A stretch of DNA of 64,000 nt from an uncultured Verrucomicrobiae bacterium (GTDB taxonomy: Bacteria; Verrucomicrobiota; Verrucomicrobiia; Chthoniobacterales; Terrimicrobiaceae), in assembly GCA_963706955.1 (NCBI GenBank), contig CAVPOC010000010.1, forward strand, positions 128,001 to 192,000, written 5' to 3'. A model generated the notes under the pieces. The model made no database searches and was not told the origin of the DNA. It saw only the letters and a list, made by a program, of their open reading frames with translations. Positions 1 through 10,252 of this stretch are shown here, piece after piece. The position numbers and the translations under genes were made by a program. The first letter of the stretch is position 1; each line of letters begins with the position of its first letter.

Positions 1-209
1 TGAATGACTGCGGTCGCCACATACCTCTGGGGTTGGCGAAGCGCCAAATACGCCCCGATCGCCGCACAGATGAGGACAATGGCCAGAAAAAGCCAAATGT
101 AGCGAAGAAGAAGATGGAGGTAATATCCGAAATCTAAGCCGGATCCGGAGTCGCTCTCGCCTCCGCCTAAAAGTTCGGAAAGTTGTTTATCAGAAGGTAA
201 GTCGGCCAT
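1..209 (-). CDS. Polysaccharide chain-length determinant / Wzc(GumC)-like protein, N-terminal part (runs off window)
   Basis: Manual translation from ATG at 209: MADLPSDKQLSELLGGGESDSGSGLDFGYYLHLLLRYIWLFLAIVLICAAIGAYLALRQPQRYVATAVI, a typical Wzz/Wzc N-terminal TM segment; directly downstream of wza. Confidence 0.8.
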   Translation of the reverse strand, partial: MADLPSDKQLSELLGGGESDSGSGLDFGYYLHLLLRYIWLFLAIVLICAAIGAYLALRQPQRYVATAVI

Positions 210-211
210 GA

Positions 212-934
212 TTAGAATATCGATTCTGCAACGGTGATGACGTCCCCTGGCATGATACGAAACGTCGATTCCGTCGCCGTGCGTGCCATTTGTTTGGCGT
301 TGAAATTATAAACCTTCTCGATGCCACCCTCGTTCCGCTTCACGACGACCTTGCCGGGATTTGCGATCCGGGTATACCCGCCCGCCATGCCAATGGCCTG
401 AAGCAAGCTGATGGATTCGTTCCCCTCGATCGGATAGGTGCCCGGCTTCTGCACCTGACCCAAGATGGTAAACAGCTTCTTGGCATAGGTTCTGACGGTA
501 AGATTCACCTGCGGGTTGGCCAGATATCCAGCCATGTAGCGCTGCCGGAGCGTTTCGGTCGCCTGAGTGATCGTCATCCCCTCAAGATGCACCCGTCCAA
601 TCATGGGAAATATCGCCGACCCGTCGCCGGAAACGCGAATGACCGCATCAAAGTCAGGTTCCTGGAAGATGCGAAAATCAAGAAGATCGCTCGGAGAGAG
701 GCGGTAGTCACCTTCCACTTGCGCGGACTGCGGCGGAGGGGTGATTTGCGAAGGCGATGTGCAGCCCGCCACGAGAAGAGCCAGTCCCATTGCCGGGCAG
801 AAAAAGATCAATCGTCTCTTGGCCAGTGCGCCAATTAGTCTGTTTAAGTACTTTTGGAACCATCCGTCTCTTGACGCGTCAGTAATTAGCATGTTTAGCC
901 TCGATGACTTCATAGGGTAACGTTTCACGTTCAT
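212..934 (-). CDS. wza: Polysaccharide biosynthesis/export lipoprotein (Wza/GumB family, SLBB domain)
   Basis: Lipobox LVAGC; YRLSPSDLL..., GQVQKPGTY, AIGMAGG and PGDVITV motifs; true start may be downstream. Confidence 0.85.
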   Translation of the reverse strand: MNVKRYPMKSSRLNMLITDASRDGWFQKYLNRLIGALAKRRLIFFCPAMGLALLVAGCTSPSQITPPPQSAQVEGDYRLSPSDLLDFRIFQEPDFDAVIRVSGDGSAIFPMIGRVHLEGMTITQATETLRQRYMAGYLANPQVNLTVRTYAKKLFTILGQVQKPGTYPIEGNESISLLQAIGMAGGYTRIANPGKVVVKRNEGGIEKVYNFNAKQMARTATESTFRIMPGDVITVAESIF

Positions 935-952
935 TGTACAGCCGTAACGAAA

Positions 953-2359
953 TTAGAATCTCGTCAGGAATTCCAAGCCGGCTCTATTATTAGTAAAGCT
1001 GCTGCTCTCCTGCGTGCTCACCGTCTCTCGATACTCATACCAGATGCTGACAGAGAACCAGTCCACGAACGCATAGGTCAACCGTGGACGCACGTAAACA
1101 TAGTTGTCCACACGATTCGTGGGCGTCTCCACGGTAGTTCCGAAGTATTCATCATTTTCGTAGCCAAAACTCACGGCTGCAACAAGTTTCTGAAAGAATT
1201 GTTGCGAGAGATTGAGTTCAAAGCCGGTAGCAAAATAGTCTTGTCCGGCGACGTCGCTGGAACCGACAACATTTCGGAAGCCGACCAGGTTGATGGAGGT
1301 TGCCGGGAAGGGCTGGTAGGTGAGGCCGAGATTAAAAACGGGATCGATCTTAACCTCGTCGGATCCCTCAAATTCGAGAAATTGCACGCCACCGCTGAAC
1401 GCAAAGCTCAGTTTGCCGGTCGGATTATAATAAACTTGCATAAGCAGCTGCTGGAGGTACTGCAGCGGCGTATCTGAGGAATTAATCAGGCCGGCGACAC
1501 CCTGGAAGCCAACACGCGTCTTTGGCAAAAGCTGATAATCCATGCCCGCTCGCGCTTGATATTGGCTGGTCGTCTGAAAATCTTCCGTAATCGACGTCGA
1601 TTGAGTGAAGGTCAAATTGAAGGCGGTCTTCTGACTATAGTCATAGACGAAGGCGAGCGAATTCCAGAAAGTCTGTGTCGTCGTGATGGTGTTAACATCG
1701 CGGCTCGAACCCGTAATTTGGCTATAGGAGCTATCCAGTTTGATGACGAGTTTGGCAATGCGGTATTGAAGCGTGAGAGCGATGTACTGATTGAAGCCGC
1801 TCTGGTCAGTATTCTTGGTGTAGATGACCGGCATGCCGACCCACTGAAAACTAAGATAGTTCTCCTTTTTCTCGCGAAAATCGCCCAGTTCGTAAATCAA
1901 CCCTATCGATGGTGTCCAAATCACATCAGACACTCGATCGGTGTTGGTGAGAAAGATGTTGTCGTCATACATCACCTCGGCGGTGAAGAGTGGCGTGATC
2001 CGCCACCTCTTCTGGCTGACGTCCGCGGGAAGCAAAGCGGCTTGCCCGGCTTGTTCGGCTTGCTCGGCTTCGAAGGCCTCATCCTCGAGCGGCTGCCGGT
2101 CTGGCTGCAGCATTGTGTCGGTTTCCGGGCCCGGGCCCGGCCGGAGGGGGGTCAAAGTCCGATCTTCCCGCTGCCGTTCGTCATCCGGGGTTGGCGCGAG
2201 AACCTCTGCCGGTCGCAGCTGGTCGGAGGGCGTAGGACTTGGAGTCGGAGCAGGAGCTGTGGCCGGTGGAAGAGCAACTGGCGTCTGTGCCAAAGCAGCT
2301 ACCAGAACAATCGTCCAGGCTCCAATGAGTAAGACAATGCGTCCGATCATCGAACGCAT
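953..2359 (-). CDS. Outer-membrane beta-barrel protein of the exopolysaccharide export locus
   Basis: Signal peptide, Pro-rich linker, YDDNIF motif, alternating beta-strand pattern, C-terminal Phe; upstream of wza. Confidence 0.75.
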   Translation of the reverse strand: MRSMIGRIVLLIGAWTIVLVAALAQTPVALPPATAPAPTPSPTPSDQLRPAEVLAPTPDDERQREDRTLTPLRPGPGPETDTMLQPDRQPLEDEAFEAEQAEQAGQAALLPADVSQKRWRITPLFTAEVMYDDNIFLTNTDRVSDVIWTPSIGLIYELGDFREKKENYLSFQWVGMPVIYTKNTDQSGFNQYIALTLQYRIAKLVIKLDSSYSQITGSSRDVNTITTTQTFWNSLAFVYDYSQKTAFNLTFTQSTSITEDFQTTSQYQARAGMDYQLLPKTRVGFQGVAGLINSSDTPLQYLQQLLMQVYYNPTGKLSFAFSGGVQFLEFEGSDEVKIDPVFNLGLTYQPFPATSINLVGFRNVVGSSDVAGQDYFATGFELNLSQQFFQKLVAAVSFGYENDEYFGTTVETPTNRVDNYVYVRPRLTYAFVDWFSVSIWYEYRETVSTQESSSFTNNRAGLEFLTRF

Positions 2360-2970
2360 TCCCTTCGCCTCGCGACTGTGGGACCTCCGGCGATTTCGGC
2401 GTTTTAAACGATTTCGGTCGACGAGGTGCCCGGGCGATTGTCGACCGCATCCGTGTATCTAGGCAATTTTCACGCCCTAATGCAACAGAAAAGCTCCTCG
2501 GACGGACAAAAGCAAACTTCTGTAAAAGGTTCATCAAAAGGCTCTTTCTAGGAGTCGAGCTTGTCAGGACGTCTCCCTGATCTCTGGATAGGTAAGATCC
2601 CGATCCAAAGTTTGCATCTTTTTGGCCGCAGACTGCATCTGCTGATATGAACAACGCTAATGTCGGTGTGGGCGAAATATTCTGTGCTTTGGTTTTATGA
2701 TTGTTGCCCAGACAAGCACATAGTGGGCCAGCACTGCTCCCCATCACGCCGCAAGCAAAGGTGCTAATGTCTAGCACCCTCGGAAGGGATTACGCTTTCC
2801 GCGAACCTTCGAAGAGCTCCGCGGGCTTGCGCTGGGCGATCACCTATACCGGCAGGCGATTTTGCGGTCGAGCGGTGGGCGCTGGTTGATTTATTTTGAT
2901 TTTGGGTAATCGCTCCCGAGGGTGCTTCCGGCTTGCACAGTTGCTGAGGAGAAGCAAGGTTACGCCAGTA

Positions 2971-4587
2971 ATGCGTTGGTTCCTTTTCCTCATTGTCGCC
3001 GCGCACACCTCGTGCGCGCTGGACGTTAGGTCCCTCGACCAGATCCCGATCCAGGAAGCCGGCCGCAAGAAACCATTTTTGGTGTTTGCGCAGGAGTCGC
3101 TTCTAGGGCTCTCGGGCAAGACCTCTTTGACAATCGATGGAACGAAGATGGATGCCCGGCAAGTGATCGCATCTCTTTGGCTGGCCCCGCAGGGGTGGGA
3201 TCAGAAGCCCATCATTCTAGTCAACCACAAGCCTCTCAAGGAGGCAACGGAGCTGGACACTTCGCGGAAGCTCTTTTCCTATCGTGAGCTCGCGGCCAAC
3301 GAAAAACTGGTGAAGTTGCTTGACGAGGCCCAGGCGTTGCGAGCGCGTCCCGGTAATCCGAAGCCAACGGGATTGCTGAAGGAGGCGGCTGATGTTGGAT
3401 TTCGAATGGCCGAGTTCGAATCGCTTGTTGGTGGCTCGGCCTTTCGCTTCATCGCAAACCCGCGCGCCGCTGATGCGCAGTGGCTCCCGGCTCTCGGGAC
3501 TGACGAGGACGTCCGGGCTCTGCGCCAGGCTTTCATTGCCGGCGACGATGGCACCTTTGCCCGGGAAACTGAAGCCTTGCGGGTGAAATGGGCCGCGATC
3601 GAGCCAAATTTTCAACCGCCGGCTTGGAAGATCCAGCTCGAGACCCTTTATCAGAAGGCCCATCCGTTTCGATGGGCCTGGATTTGCTATGCGGCTGCTG
3701 GCATTGTCTTGCTAGTTTCGGGGCTTCGTGCCGGCGGCTATGCCGCGGCGTGGGTCCTGGCGGGAAGTGGATTTCTGCTGCAGGCAGCGGGCTTTGCCGC
3801 TCGCATCGCCATTGGTGGACGCCCGCCCGTCACGAATATGTACGAGTCGGTCGTCTGGGTGGCATTCGGCACGATTCTTTTTGCGCTGATTTTTGAAGCG
3901 ATCTATCGCAGCCGCTATTTCCTGCTTGGGGCTGTGCCCGTGGCAGTGATCTCGCTGGTCCTGGCCGACACGCAGACCCTCGCCCTTGATCGGTCTATCA
4001 ATCCTCTTGTTCCCGTTCTGCGCGATAATTTCTGGCTGACGACCCATGTCCTCAGCATCACGCTAAGTTATGCGGCGTTTGCGCTCGCGCTGGGAATCGG
4101 CCACATCGCGTTGATCAAGGTGATCAAGGGAACAACCCCTGAGTCCTCTTTGTACAATTATCTCTATCGAACATTGCAGGTTGGCGTCCTCTTGCTGGCA
4201 ACCGGCACCATCCTAGGTGGTGTGTGGGCGAACTATTCCTGGGGGAGATTTTGGGATTGGGATCCCAAGGAAACCTGGGCGTTGATTACGCTCCTCGGCT
4301 ATCTGATCGTTCTCCACGGACGGATTGCCGGCAAATGGGCCGGCTTTGGGATGGCTGTCGGCTCGGTGGTGGCCTTCCAAGGCGTGCTCATGGCCTGGTA
4401 CGGTGTCAACTTCGTTCTCGGGGTCGGATTGCACAGCTACGGTTTCGGAACCGGAGGTTTCGGTTGGGCGCTGCTCTTCGTCGCGACGGAGATCACCTTT
4501 GTAATACTCGCCGCCATTCGACGGGCACAGACCGCGGACCGTTCTCGGAAGACAGCGGCTCTTTCAAAACCCCAGCTTGTCTCGTAA
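2971..4587 (+). CDS. ccsA: Cytochrome c biogenesis system II protein CcsA/ResC with N-terminal periplasmic extension
   Basis: WWD domain WANYSWGRFWDWDPKETW, PPVTNMYES, GLHSYG; ATG at 2971 gives a signal-peptide-like start. Confidence 0.9.
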   Translation: MRWFLFLIVAAHTSCALDVRSLDQIPIQEAGRKKPFLVFAQESLLGLSGKTSLTIDGTKMDARQVIASLWLAPQGWDQKPIILVNHKPLKEATELDTSRKLFSYRELAANEKLVKLLDEAQALRARPGNPKPTGLLKEAADVGFRMAEFESLVGGSAFRFIANPRAADAQWLPALGTDEDVRALRQAFIAGDDGTFARETEALRVKWAAIEPNFQPPAWKIQLETLYQKAHPFRWAWICYAAAGIVLLVSGLRAGGYAAAWVLAGSGFLLQAAGFAARIAIGGRPPVTNMYESVVWVAFGTILFALIFEAIYRSRYFLLGAVPVAVISLVLADTQTLALDRSINPLVPVLRDNFWLTTHVLSITLSYAAFALALGIGHIALIKVIKGTTPESSLYNYLYRTLQVGVLLLATGTILGGVWANYSWGRFWDWDPKETWALITLLGYLIVLHGRIAGKWAGFGMAVGSVVAFQGVLMAWYGVNFVLGVGLHSYGFGTGGFGWALLFVATEITFVILAAIRRAQTADRSRKTAALSKPQLVS

Positions 4588-4672
4588 CATTCGGCATCCT
4601 CCGAAGCTCGCAACTAAAGAGACGAGAAACAGTGCTCGAATAGCGAGCTAGCGTTCCCCGAGCAAAAACAAT

Positions 4673-4736
4673 TGTGGCGGCGCTGTCCCCAGCGCCGGAG
4701 CGTCCAACCCCCAACGCCCGGGACGTCGTCGCTACG
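4673..4736. repeat. GTAG-type REP-like palindrome (family A)
   Basis: TGTGGCGGCGCTGTCCCCAGCGCCG...GGGACGTCGTCGCTAC between convergent genes; related to 7988, 49990 and 58146. Confidence 0.65.
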
Positions 4737-4916
4737 ACTGGTGTGCTACGTGTCCCCTACGATGGATTCGTCGGCTATACAGTTTCCTCTACTGCGGTAG
4801 CAGATGCGTGCCAACGATCAGCCGGTGGGCGAGGCGAGTTGAAGCGACTGCGGCAGCCAGATTTTAGGTCTTGTCGAGAGTCGCCTGCGGCAGGCACCTC
4901 GACCTCGTCTTAAGGT

Positions 4917-5699
4917 TCAGAGCGAGAGGCCGCGATAGCCCTGAGGATCGATTTCGATAGAATCGAAACCCTCCTCTCGCAGAGCCTGAAAGAGCCGTGC
5001 GCCGACCTCGGCGAGGGAGGGCATCTCATCGGGCGCCACTTGGACTCGTGCACCGGAAGGCGGCAAATAACGAACGCGAAAAATTTGGAAGCCCAGCGAG
5101 CGCATCGCCGCCTCCCCGCGTTCGACCAGTGAGAGGGCCTCGGAGGTGACCGGAGTGCCGTGCGGGATGCGCGATGACAAACATGGTTGCGCCGGTAAGT
5201 CGGCAGTCGGCAGACCATAGATCCTCGAAAGATGTCGAACGTCGTCTTTCGTCAAACCAGCCTGCTTGAGTGGCGCCAAGACGGCGAATTCCGCGGCGGC
5301 GCGCGACCCGGGCCGCAAGTCCGCCGGATCGTCGGCATTTTCCCCATAGGCGATTGCGGCAAATCGGCGTTTCACCGCGAGTTCATTCATCCTCGAAAAG
5401 AGCTCCGCCTTGCAAAAGTAACAGCGGTTCGGAGGGTTGTTGACATACAAGGGATTTTCAAGCTCACGGGTGGCGATGACTTCAACACTCACCTTAAGGA
5501 TTTTTGCCACGCTAAGCGCAGAGGCAAGGGCCTTTCGCGGAAGACTCGGGCTATCGGCGATCACTCCCAGAACCTTCTTTCCAAGAGTCCGATGCGCCAC
5601 CGCCAGAAGGCAGGTGCTATCGACGCCTCCAGAATAGGCTACCAAGAGGGGCGCGTGAGCGCGCAGTAGGGATCGCAGCCGATCAAGTTTCTCGGTCAT
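4917..5699 (-). CDS. larE: LarE-family ATP-dependent sulfur transferase
   Basis: PP-loop SGGVDS, RCYFCK, LRPG, PCLSSRIP, RVR motifs. Confidence 0.9.
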   Translation of the reverse strand: MTEKLDRLRSLLRAHAPLLVAYSGGVDSTCLLAVAHRTLGKKVLGVIADSPSLPRKALASALSVAKILKVSVEVIATRELENPLYVNNPPNRCYFCKAELFSRMNELAVKRRFAAIAYGENADDPADLRPGSRAAAEFAVLAPLKQAGLTKDDVRHLSRIYGLPTADLPAQPCLSSRIPHGTPVTSEALSLVERGEAAMRSLGFQIFRVRYLPPSGARVQVAPDEMPSLAEVGARLFQALREEGFDSIEIDPQGYRGLSL

Positions 5700-5721
5700 T
5701 TGAGGCGCCGTCGTCGTGGCC

Positions 5722-6549
5722 TTACAAATTCAAGCGTGCGAAGAGCAAATCAAGCGGCATCTGCAGCCCGACGAAAAACTCGCCGAACTCGGCGTAGTGC
5801 GCACTGACTTCGTCGAACCGCATCTCGTAAACGATTGCCTTAATCTCCGAAGTCGTCCGAGCAAACAGCGTAACTCCCCATTCCATATCATCAAGGCCAG
5901 TCGAACCAGTGATCAATTGGAGCACGCGGCCGGAATACTGGCGTCCAACGCGTGCATGACCTCCCATTAGCTTTTTGCGAGAGTCAAAATCCAAAGCGTA
6001 CCAGTTCTGTCCGGCTCCGCCACGGCGCTTGGACATTGGATAGAAACAAACGACGGGCCAATCGGGAAGGTTCGGCTCGAGCCTGTCCTTCAGGTACTTG
6101 GTCATTCGCGTGCGAAACGCCTCCATCTTTTCCTTTGCCGCGGGCGATTCGGGGGAGACGTTCTCCTCTCTTTCGAGCTGTTGCGCGTACTCGCTCTCGC
6201 TCATGATATACTCACTGCGTTCTGTCATCGAAAACCAGGAGAATTCGGGCATGAGAATGCCGGGGCCAAGCGCGAGCGCCAGCTGCTTAGCATAGGCGTC
6301 GGCAATATGCAGATCACTGGTTAGCAGCATGAATCCGAGATCGGCCTTCGGCGACACAATGCTAAAGGTGAGCAGCTGCGTTGCTGGAGTAGCCCGAATT
6401 TCCTGGACCAACGATGCCAGCGCCGTTTTCGCCGCGATTCGGTGGCTGCCCTCCAACAAATCCCATGCCGCGTAGTCTACACGGAAAAAGAGGTGCAGCA
6501 CGTGGCGGCCTTCGACCGGAAGGAGGGGATCGAGTGAGGGTATTTCCAT
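5722..6549 (-). CDS. hemQ: Coproheme decarboxylase (HemQ/ChdC; chlorite dismutase superfamily)
   Basis: CFYPMSKRR, NWY, proximal His in LMGGHARVGRQY, QLITGSTGLDDMEWGVTLF, YEMRFDEVSA. Confidence 0.85.
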   Translation of the reverse strand: MEIPSLDPLLPVEGRHVLHLFFRVDYAAWDLLEGSHRIAAKTALASLVQEIRATPATQLLTFSIVSPKADLGFMLLTSDLHIADAYAKQLALALGPGILMPEFSWFSMTERSEYIMSESEYAQQLEREENVSPESPAAKEKMEAFRTRMTKYLKDRLEPNLPDWPVVCFYPMSKRRGGAGQNWYALDFDSRKKLMGGHARVGRQYSGRVLQLITGSTGLDDMEWGVTLFARTTSEIKAIVYEMRFDEVSAHYAEFGEFFVGLQMPLDLLFARLNL

Positions 6550-6842
6550 GTGAAGTCAATCTGGCCGCGAGTATGATCGCTCTGGTTTCCGAAGACAAAA
6601 TCTCCTCCGGCGGCCTCCCGCAAGGCATTATATTTCGGCCTACCAAGCAAAACTCCAGCTCCGAGCGGATTCACCCCATAGGTCATTGACCAAGTTGGCC
6701 AGACGTGACCAAGATTGGTCCGCTCGGCGGGCGCATTCTGCACAGCCGGCTGGGGAGGCCGCCTTCGACTCGGCAGAGGGTAAAAAACGATTGCAATCCG
6801 CACCTGGGACCGTAGTTTGCGGCGACGGAGGAGAAGATACCT

Positions 6843-7076
6843 ATGGCGGATCTAGCAAACAAATACGCGGAAAATGTCACCGGCAAATACTTCGTGGATG
6901 ATCAATGCATCGATTGCGATCTTTGCCGGGAAACTGCGCCTGCAAATTTCAAGCGCAATGATGACGGCGGCCACAGCTACGTCTACAAGCAACCAGAAAC
7001 TCCCGAGGAGGAAGCTCTCTGCAAGGAGGCGCAAGAAGGCTGCCCTGTGGAAGCTATCGGAGACGACGGCGAGTAG
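6843..7076 (+). CDS. Single-cluster 4Fe-4S ferredoxin
   Basis: CIDCDLC...GCPVEAI; GGAGGAG RBS upstream. Confidence 0.9.
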   Translation: MADLANKYAENVTGKYFVDDQCIDCDLCRETAPANFKRNDDGGHSYVYKQPETPEEEALCKEAQEGCPVEAIGDDGE

Positions 7077-7104
7077 CCCCTCGGTTTACCAGATCCCTCT
7101 CTCC

Positions 7105-7132
7105 AGGCCTCCGCAACCACGGGGGCCTTTTT
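7105..7132 (+). terminator. Intrinsic terminator after ferredoxin
   Basis: AGGCCTCCG-CAACCA-CGGGGGCCT hairpin followed by a T run. Confidence 0.65.
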
Positions 7133-7136
7133 GTTG

Positions 7137-7496
7137 ATGCGCATCGAGGAAATTCGCAGACGAGTGCTCGAGGAATGGCGGGGACTGCCCGAAAAGCCGA
7201 TCCCTCGGGAGCGGTGCAGCCATGCCTCCGACGCTTTGAAGAAACTCCTTCGCAAGCTTGGACTTTCCGAGCGGCTGAATGAACAAGAGATCCGTTCTGC
7301 GTGGCGCGACATTGTGGGCGACTTCCTGGCCGCACACTCTATGCCGATCTCGATCCGTGAAGGCGTTTTGACCGTGCAGGTCATCCAGCCGGCGGTGCGG
7401 TACGAACTCGACCGCTCGTGGAAACGCGACATCGTGCGGAAACTGCAGGCGCGTTTTGGCGCAAAGGTCGTGCGCGAGGTGTGCTTCCGCGGCTAG
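7137..7496 (+). CDS. DUF721 / DciA-family protein
   Basis: IRSAWRDIVGDFLAAHSMPISIREGVLTVQV pattern and typical length. Confidence 0.8.
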   Translation: MRIEEIRRRVLEEWRGLPEKPIPRERCSHASDALKKLLRKLGLSERLNEQEIRSAWRDIVGDFLAAHSMPISIREGVLTVQVIQPAVRYELDRSWKRDIVRKLQARFGAKVVREVCFRG

Positions 7497-7523
7497 AATA
7501 GATCCCGCCGAGTTGTTCCCGAT

Positions 7524-7880
7524 ATGGATGTGATCATCATCAAGGGACTCAAGATCGAAGCGGCCGTCGGCGTGACCGCTGGCGAGCGCGACAATCCTCA
7601 ACGCCTAGAAGTCAATGCTGTGATCACACCATTGCAAACGTTCGCGGCAGTGGCGGACGAGATCGATCGCACCGTCGACTACCAGGCGGCCGCTCAACAG
7701 ATCGCCAAACTAGCACACTCACGTCCCAGGTGTTTGATCGAGACACTCGCCAGTGACCTGGCCGAGATGTTAGTGAGCGAGTTTCAAGCCGGCCGTGCCG
7801 AAGTGGAAGTGCGGAAATTTGTCCTCCCAGATACAGACTATGTGGCTGTCCGCTGCTCCCGCCAGCGTGAAAGCGCTTAG
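7524..7880 (+). CDS. folB: Dihydroneopterin aldolase
   Basis: VGVTAGER..PQRL, TVDY, LIETLA, VEVRK motifs. Confidence 0.9.
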   Translation: MDVIIIKGLKIEAAVGVTAGERDNPQRLEVNAVITPLQTFAAVADEIDRTVDYQAAAQQIAKLAHSRPRCLIETLASDLAEMLVSEFQAGRAEVEVRKFVLPDTDYVAVRCSRQRESA

Positions 7881-7987
7881 GCTAAGCGGGCCAAAGTCCA
7901 AAGCAGATCTCCCCGAGCGGCCGTCGCCAATCTAAGCACTCTTGTAACAGAATGACGAATTCATCATAGCACACGCGGCAGGCCTGC

Positions 7988-8046
7988 TGTAGCGCTGCCC
8001 CCACCGCCGAAAGGCTGCCCTCGGCGCTGGGGACAGCGCCGCTACA
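7988..8046. repeat. GTAG-type REP-like palindrome (family A)
   Basis: TGTAGCGCTGCCCCCACCGCCGA...TCGGCGCTGGGGACAGCGCCGCTACA. Confidence 0.7.
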
Positions 8047-8299
8047 ACGTTCGTAGCTCGGAAGGTCTATCCGGTCGTCGAGCGTCTTCATCGACTCCTA
8101 CGCTGCGGGAAGCTCAGGAGGATACCGGTGCCGCCTGGTTTGGAGATCGGTCCAGCTCACGAGTTGTGAGCCGCTTGTGTCAAAGGCCCAGCCTCAATCC
8201 ACAGCCGCTTCGCACAAGTGCCTCTACAAATTTCATGAATGCATCATCGCGGACGTATGAGAGATGGCTTAGCGTTCTGCAGCCTAAGATCCTGAATTG

Positions 8300-9397
8300 T
8301 CAAGTTCGTGCAAATTCGACTTCCTCAGCGCGCAGCGGCGCGGGGCGTTCGCAAGTGCTTACTAGTTTGATATGACGTTCTTCGCGAGAGGCGTCATGGG
8401 CGGCGTGCATGATTTCAAGAACATGATAGGCGATCTCGCCATTAGCGCGATGGGAGCGCTTGTCGCGCATGGCCCGCGCCATATCGGCGACACCGAGACC
8501 TCGCAAATTTGCGGTCAAGTCATTGATGAGGGGCATCGCGCGCCACTCGCGGGCGTCATGGCGCCATAACTCCACCGTTCCTCCAAAGTTGTTCGGATCG
8601 GGGATACGCAGCGTCCCCTCCGATCCATAAATCTCCATCCGCGGCAATCCGGCTCGCCAGACATCGAAGGTCATCAGCATGGTGCCGACAGCCCCATTAG
8701 CAAAGTCCACCACCGTGGCGATATTGGTGGGAACTTCGACGCGGATCGTGGTCCCAAATTTGGGAGGGCTGGTGACGGTGCGTTCGCGAAAGCTGATCTG
8801 GGCCGAACCAGTGACGCGCTTTATTGGACCGATCAAGGTCACCAGAGCAGTCAAATAATATGGGCCCATGTCGAACATCGGCCCGCCGCCAGCTTGGTAA
8901 TAAAAGGTGGGGTCAGGATGCCAGTCCTCGTGTCCGTGAGAAATCATGAAGGCCGTAGCACCGACAGGAGTGCCGATCGCTCCGGTGTCGATCAATTGAC
9001 GGGACGTTTGCAGGGCCGCACCGAGAAACGTGTCGGGTGCGCATCCAACTCGAAGTGCTTTCTCGCTGGCTAGCTCCAGGATTTTTCGGGCCTCTTCGCG
9101 TTCCACCGCCAGCGGTTTTTCGTTGTAGACGCTCTTACCCGCTTCCAACGCTGCCATCGCGACTTCAAAGTGCGCCTTGGGAATTGTCAGGTTCAGGACG
9201 GCCTCAATATCTGGTTCTGCCAGGAGAGCTTCGACGGAGAGCGCATGAGGAATCCCAAACTGTTGCGCGCGAGCTCGCGCGCGCTCCAAATCCATGTCGG
9301 AAATAGCGACCACCTCGACATCGCTGAAGCTGCACAGATTCTGCAAATAGATTTCACTGATATTACCGCAGCCGATGACTCCTAACTTGACTCTCAT
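8300..9397 (-). CDS. Gfo/Idh/MocA-family oxidoreductase
   Basis: [25 protein letters not shown]; paired with ThuA. Confidence 0.9.
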   Translation of the reverse strand: MRVKLGVIGCGNISEIYLQNLCSFSDVEVVAISDMDLERARARAQQFGIPHALSVEALLAEPDIEAVLNLTIPKAHFEVAMAALEAGKSVYNEKPLAVEREEARKILELASEKALRVGCAPDTFLGAALQTSRQLIDTGAIGTPVGATAFMISHGHEDWHPDPTFYYQAGGGPMFDMGPYYLTALVTLIGPIKRVTGSAQISFRERTVTSPPKFGTTIRVEVPTNIATVVDFANGAVGTMLMTFDVWRAGLPRMEIYGSEGTLRIPDPNNFGGTVELWRHDAREWRAMPLINDLTANLRGLGVADMARAMRDKRSHRANGEIAYHVLEIMHAAHDASREERHIKLVSTCERPAPLRAEEVEFART

Positions 9398-9399
9398 AC

Positions 9400-10053
9400 C
9401 TAAACCTCTGTTCGCGTGGCCCAAAGCAAACCGCGTCGGACAATTTCGCGAGCTTCGGGCACATCAAAATCCTTGGCAACATGACCGAGCGAAGAATAGA
9501 AGACCCTGCCCTTTCCCCATTTTCGCTTCCACGCCACCGGCATGACCGTCCCTTCGATCCATGGAAGTATATCTCCGCTAAAGGTTGTCGTCGCGAGCAC
9601 CTCGTTCGACGGATCAACGTGCATGTAATATTGCTCCGATTGCATAACGAAGTCCGGAATATCGACGGTGATCGGATCGAGATGATTAACGATGTTGACG
9701 CGATAGCTGATAATGTTGCCCGGGTGCGCCACCCATTGGCCACCTACCATGAACTGATATTCCGTGTTGTTACGGAAAGAGTCGGCCATGCAGCCGTGCC
9801 ACCCCGCGATTCCTATACCGCTTCTGACTGCCTCCAACAATCCTTTCTCTTGCTCGTTGGTAATCGTGTCCATCGTCCAGACGGGGACGATCAGGTCAAA
9901 TCGGCGAAGTCTCTCCGCATCACAATAGATCTGGAGAGTGTCGACAATCTCCGTGCGATAACCTTCTGATTTCAGGCAGGCGGTGAAGACCTCCGCCGAA
10001 AGCATCGGTTCATGCCCTTCCCAACCCCCGACTACAAAAAGTGCTGATTTCAT
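9400..10053 (-). CDS. ThuA-domain protein (trehalose utilisation-like)
   Basis: [37 protein letters not shown]. Confidence 0.9.
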   Translation of the reverse strand: MKSALFVVGGWEGHEPMLSAEVFTACLKSEGYRTEIVDTLQIYCDAERLRRFDLIVPVWTMDTITNEQEKGLLEAVRSGIGIAGWHGCMADSFRNNTEYQFMVGGQWVAHPGNIISYRVNIVNHLDPITVDIPDFVMQSEQYYMHVDPSNEVLATTTFSGDILPWIEGTVMPVAWKRKWGKGRVFYSSLGHVAKDFDVPEAREIVRRGLLWATRTEV

Positions 10054-10252
10054 AAAGTGCCTGCTTGCTTAGGAGCCGACTGAACGCACCGCAATCGCGG
10101 AGCCGGCCTTGCCCTCACCGTGCACATCTTCGCGGCCCTTTGAATGGGACACCGAACTTTCGGGCTCGAGCATATCAGACACAGTGTCACGAAAAAGATA
10201 AGGTCCGCCTTCGAATGGGAGAGTTCGCGAGAGATCAGGCTCTGGTATAACG

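Noticed and set aside
7882..8091. 69-aa ORF
   Set aside because: Its centre is a family A palindrome; no recognisable protein motif
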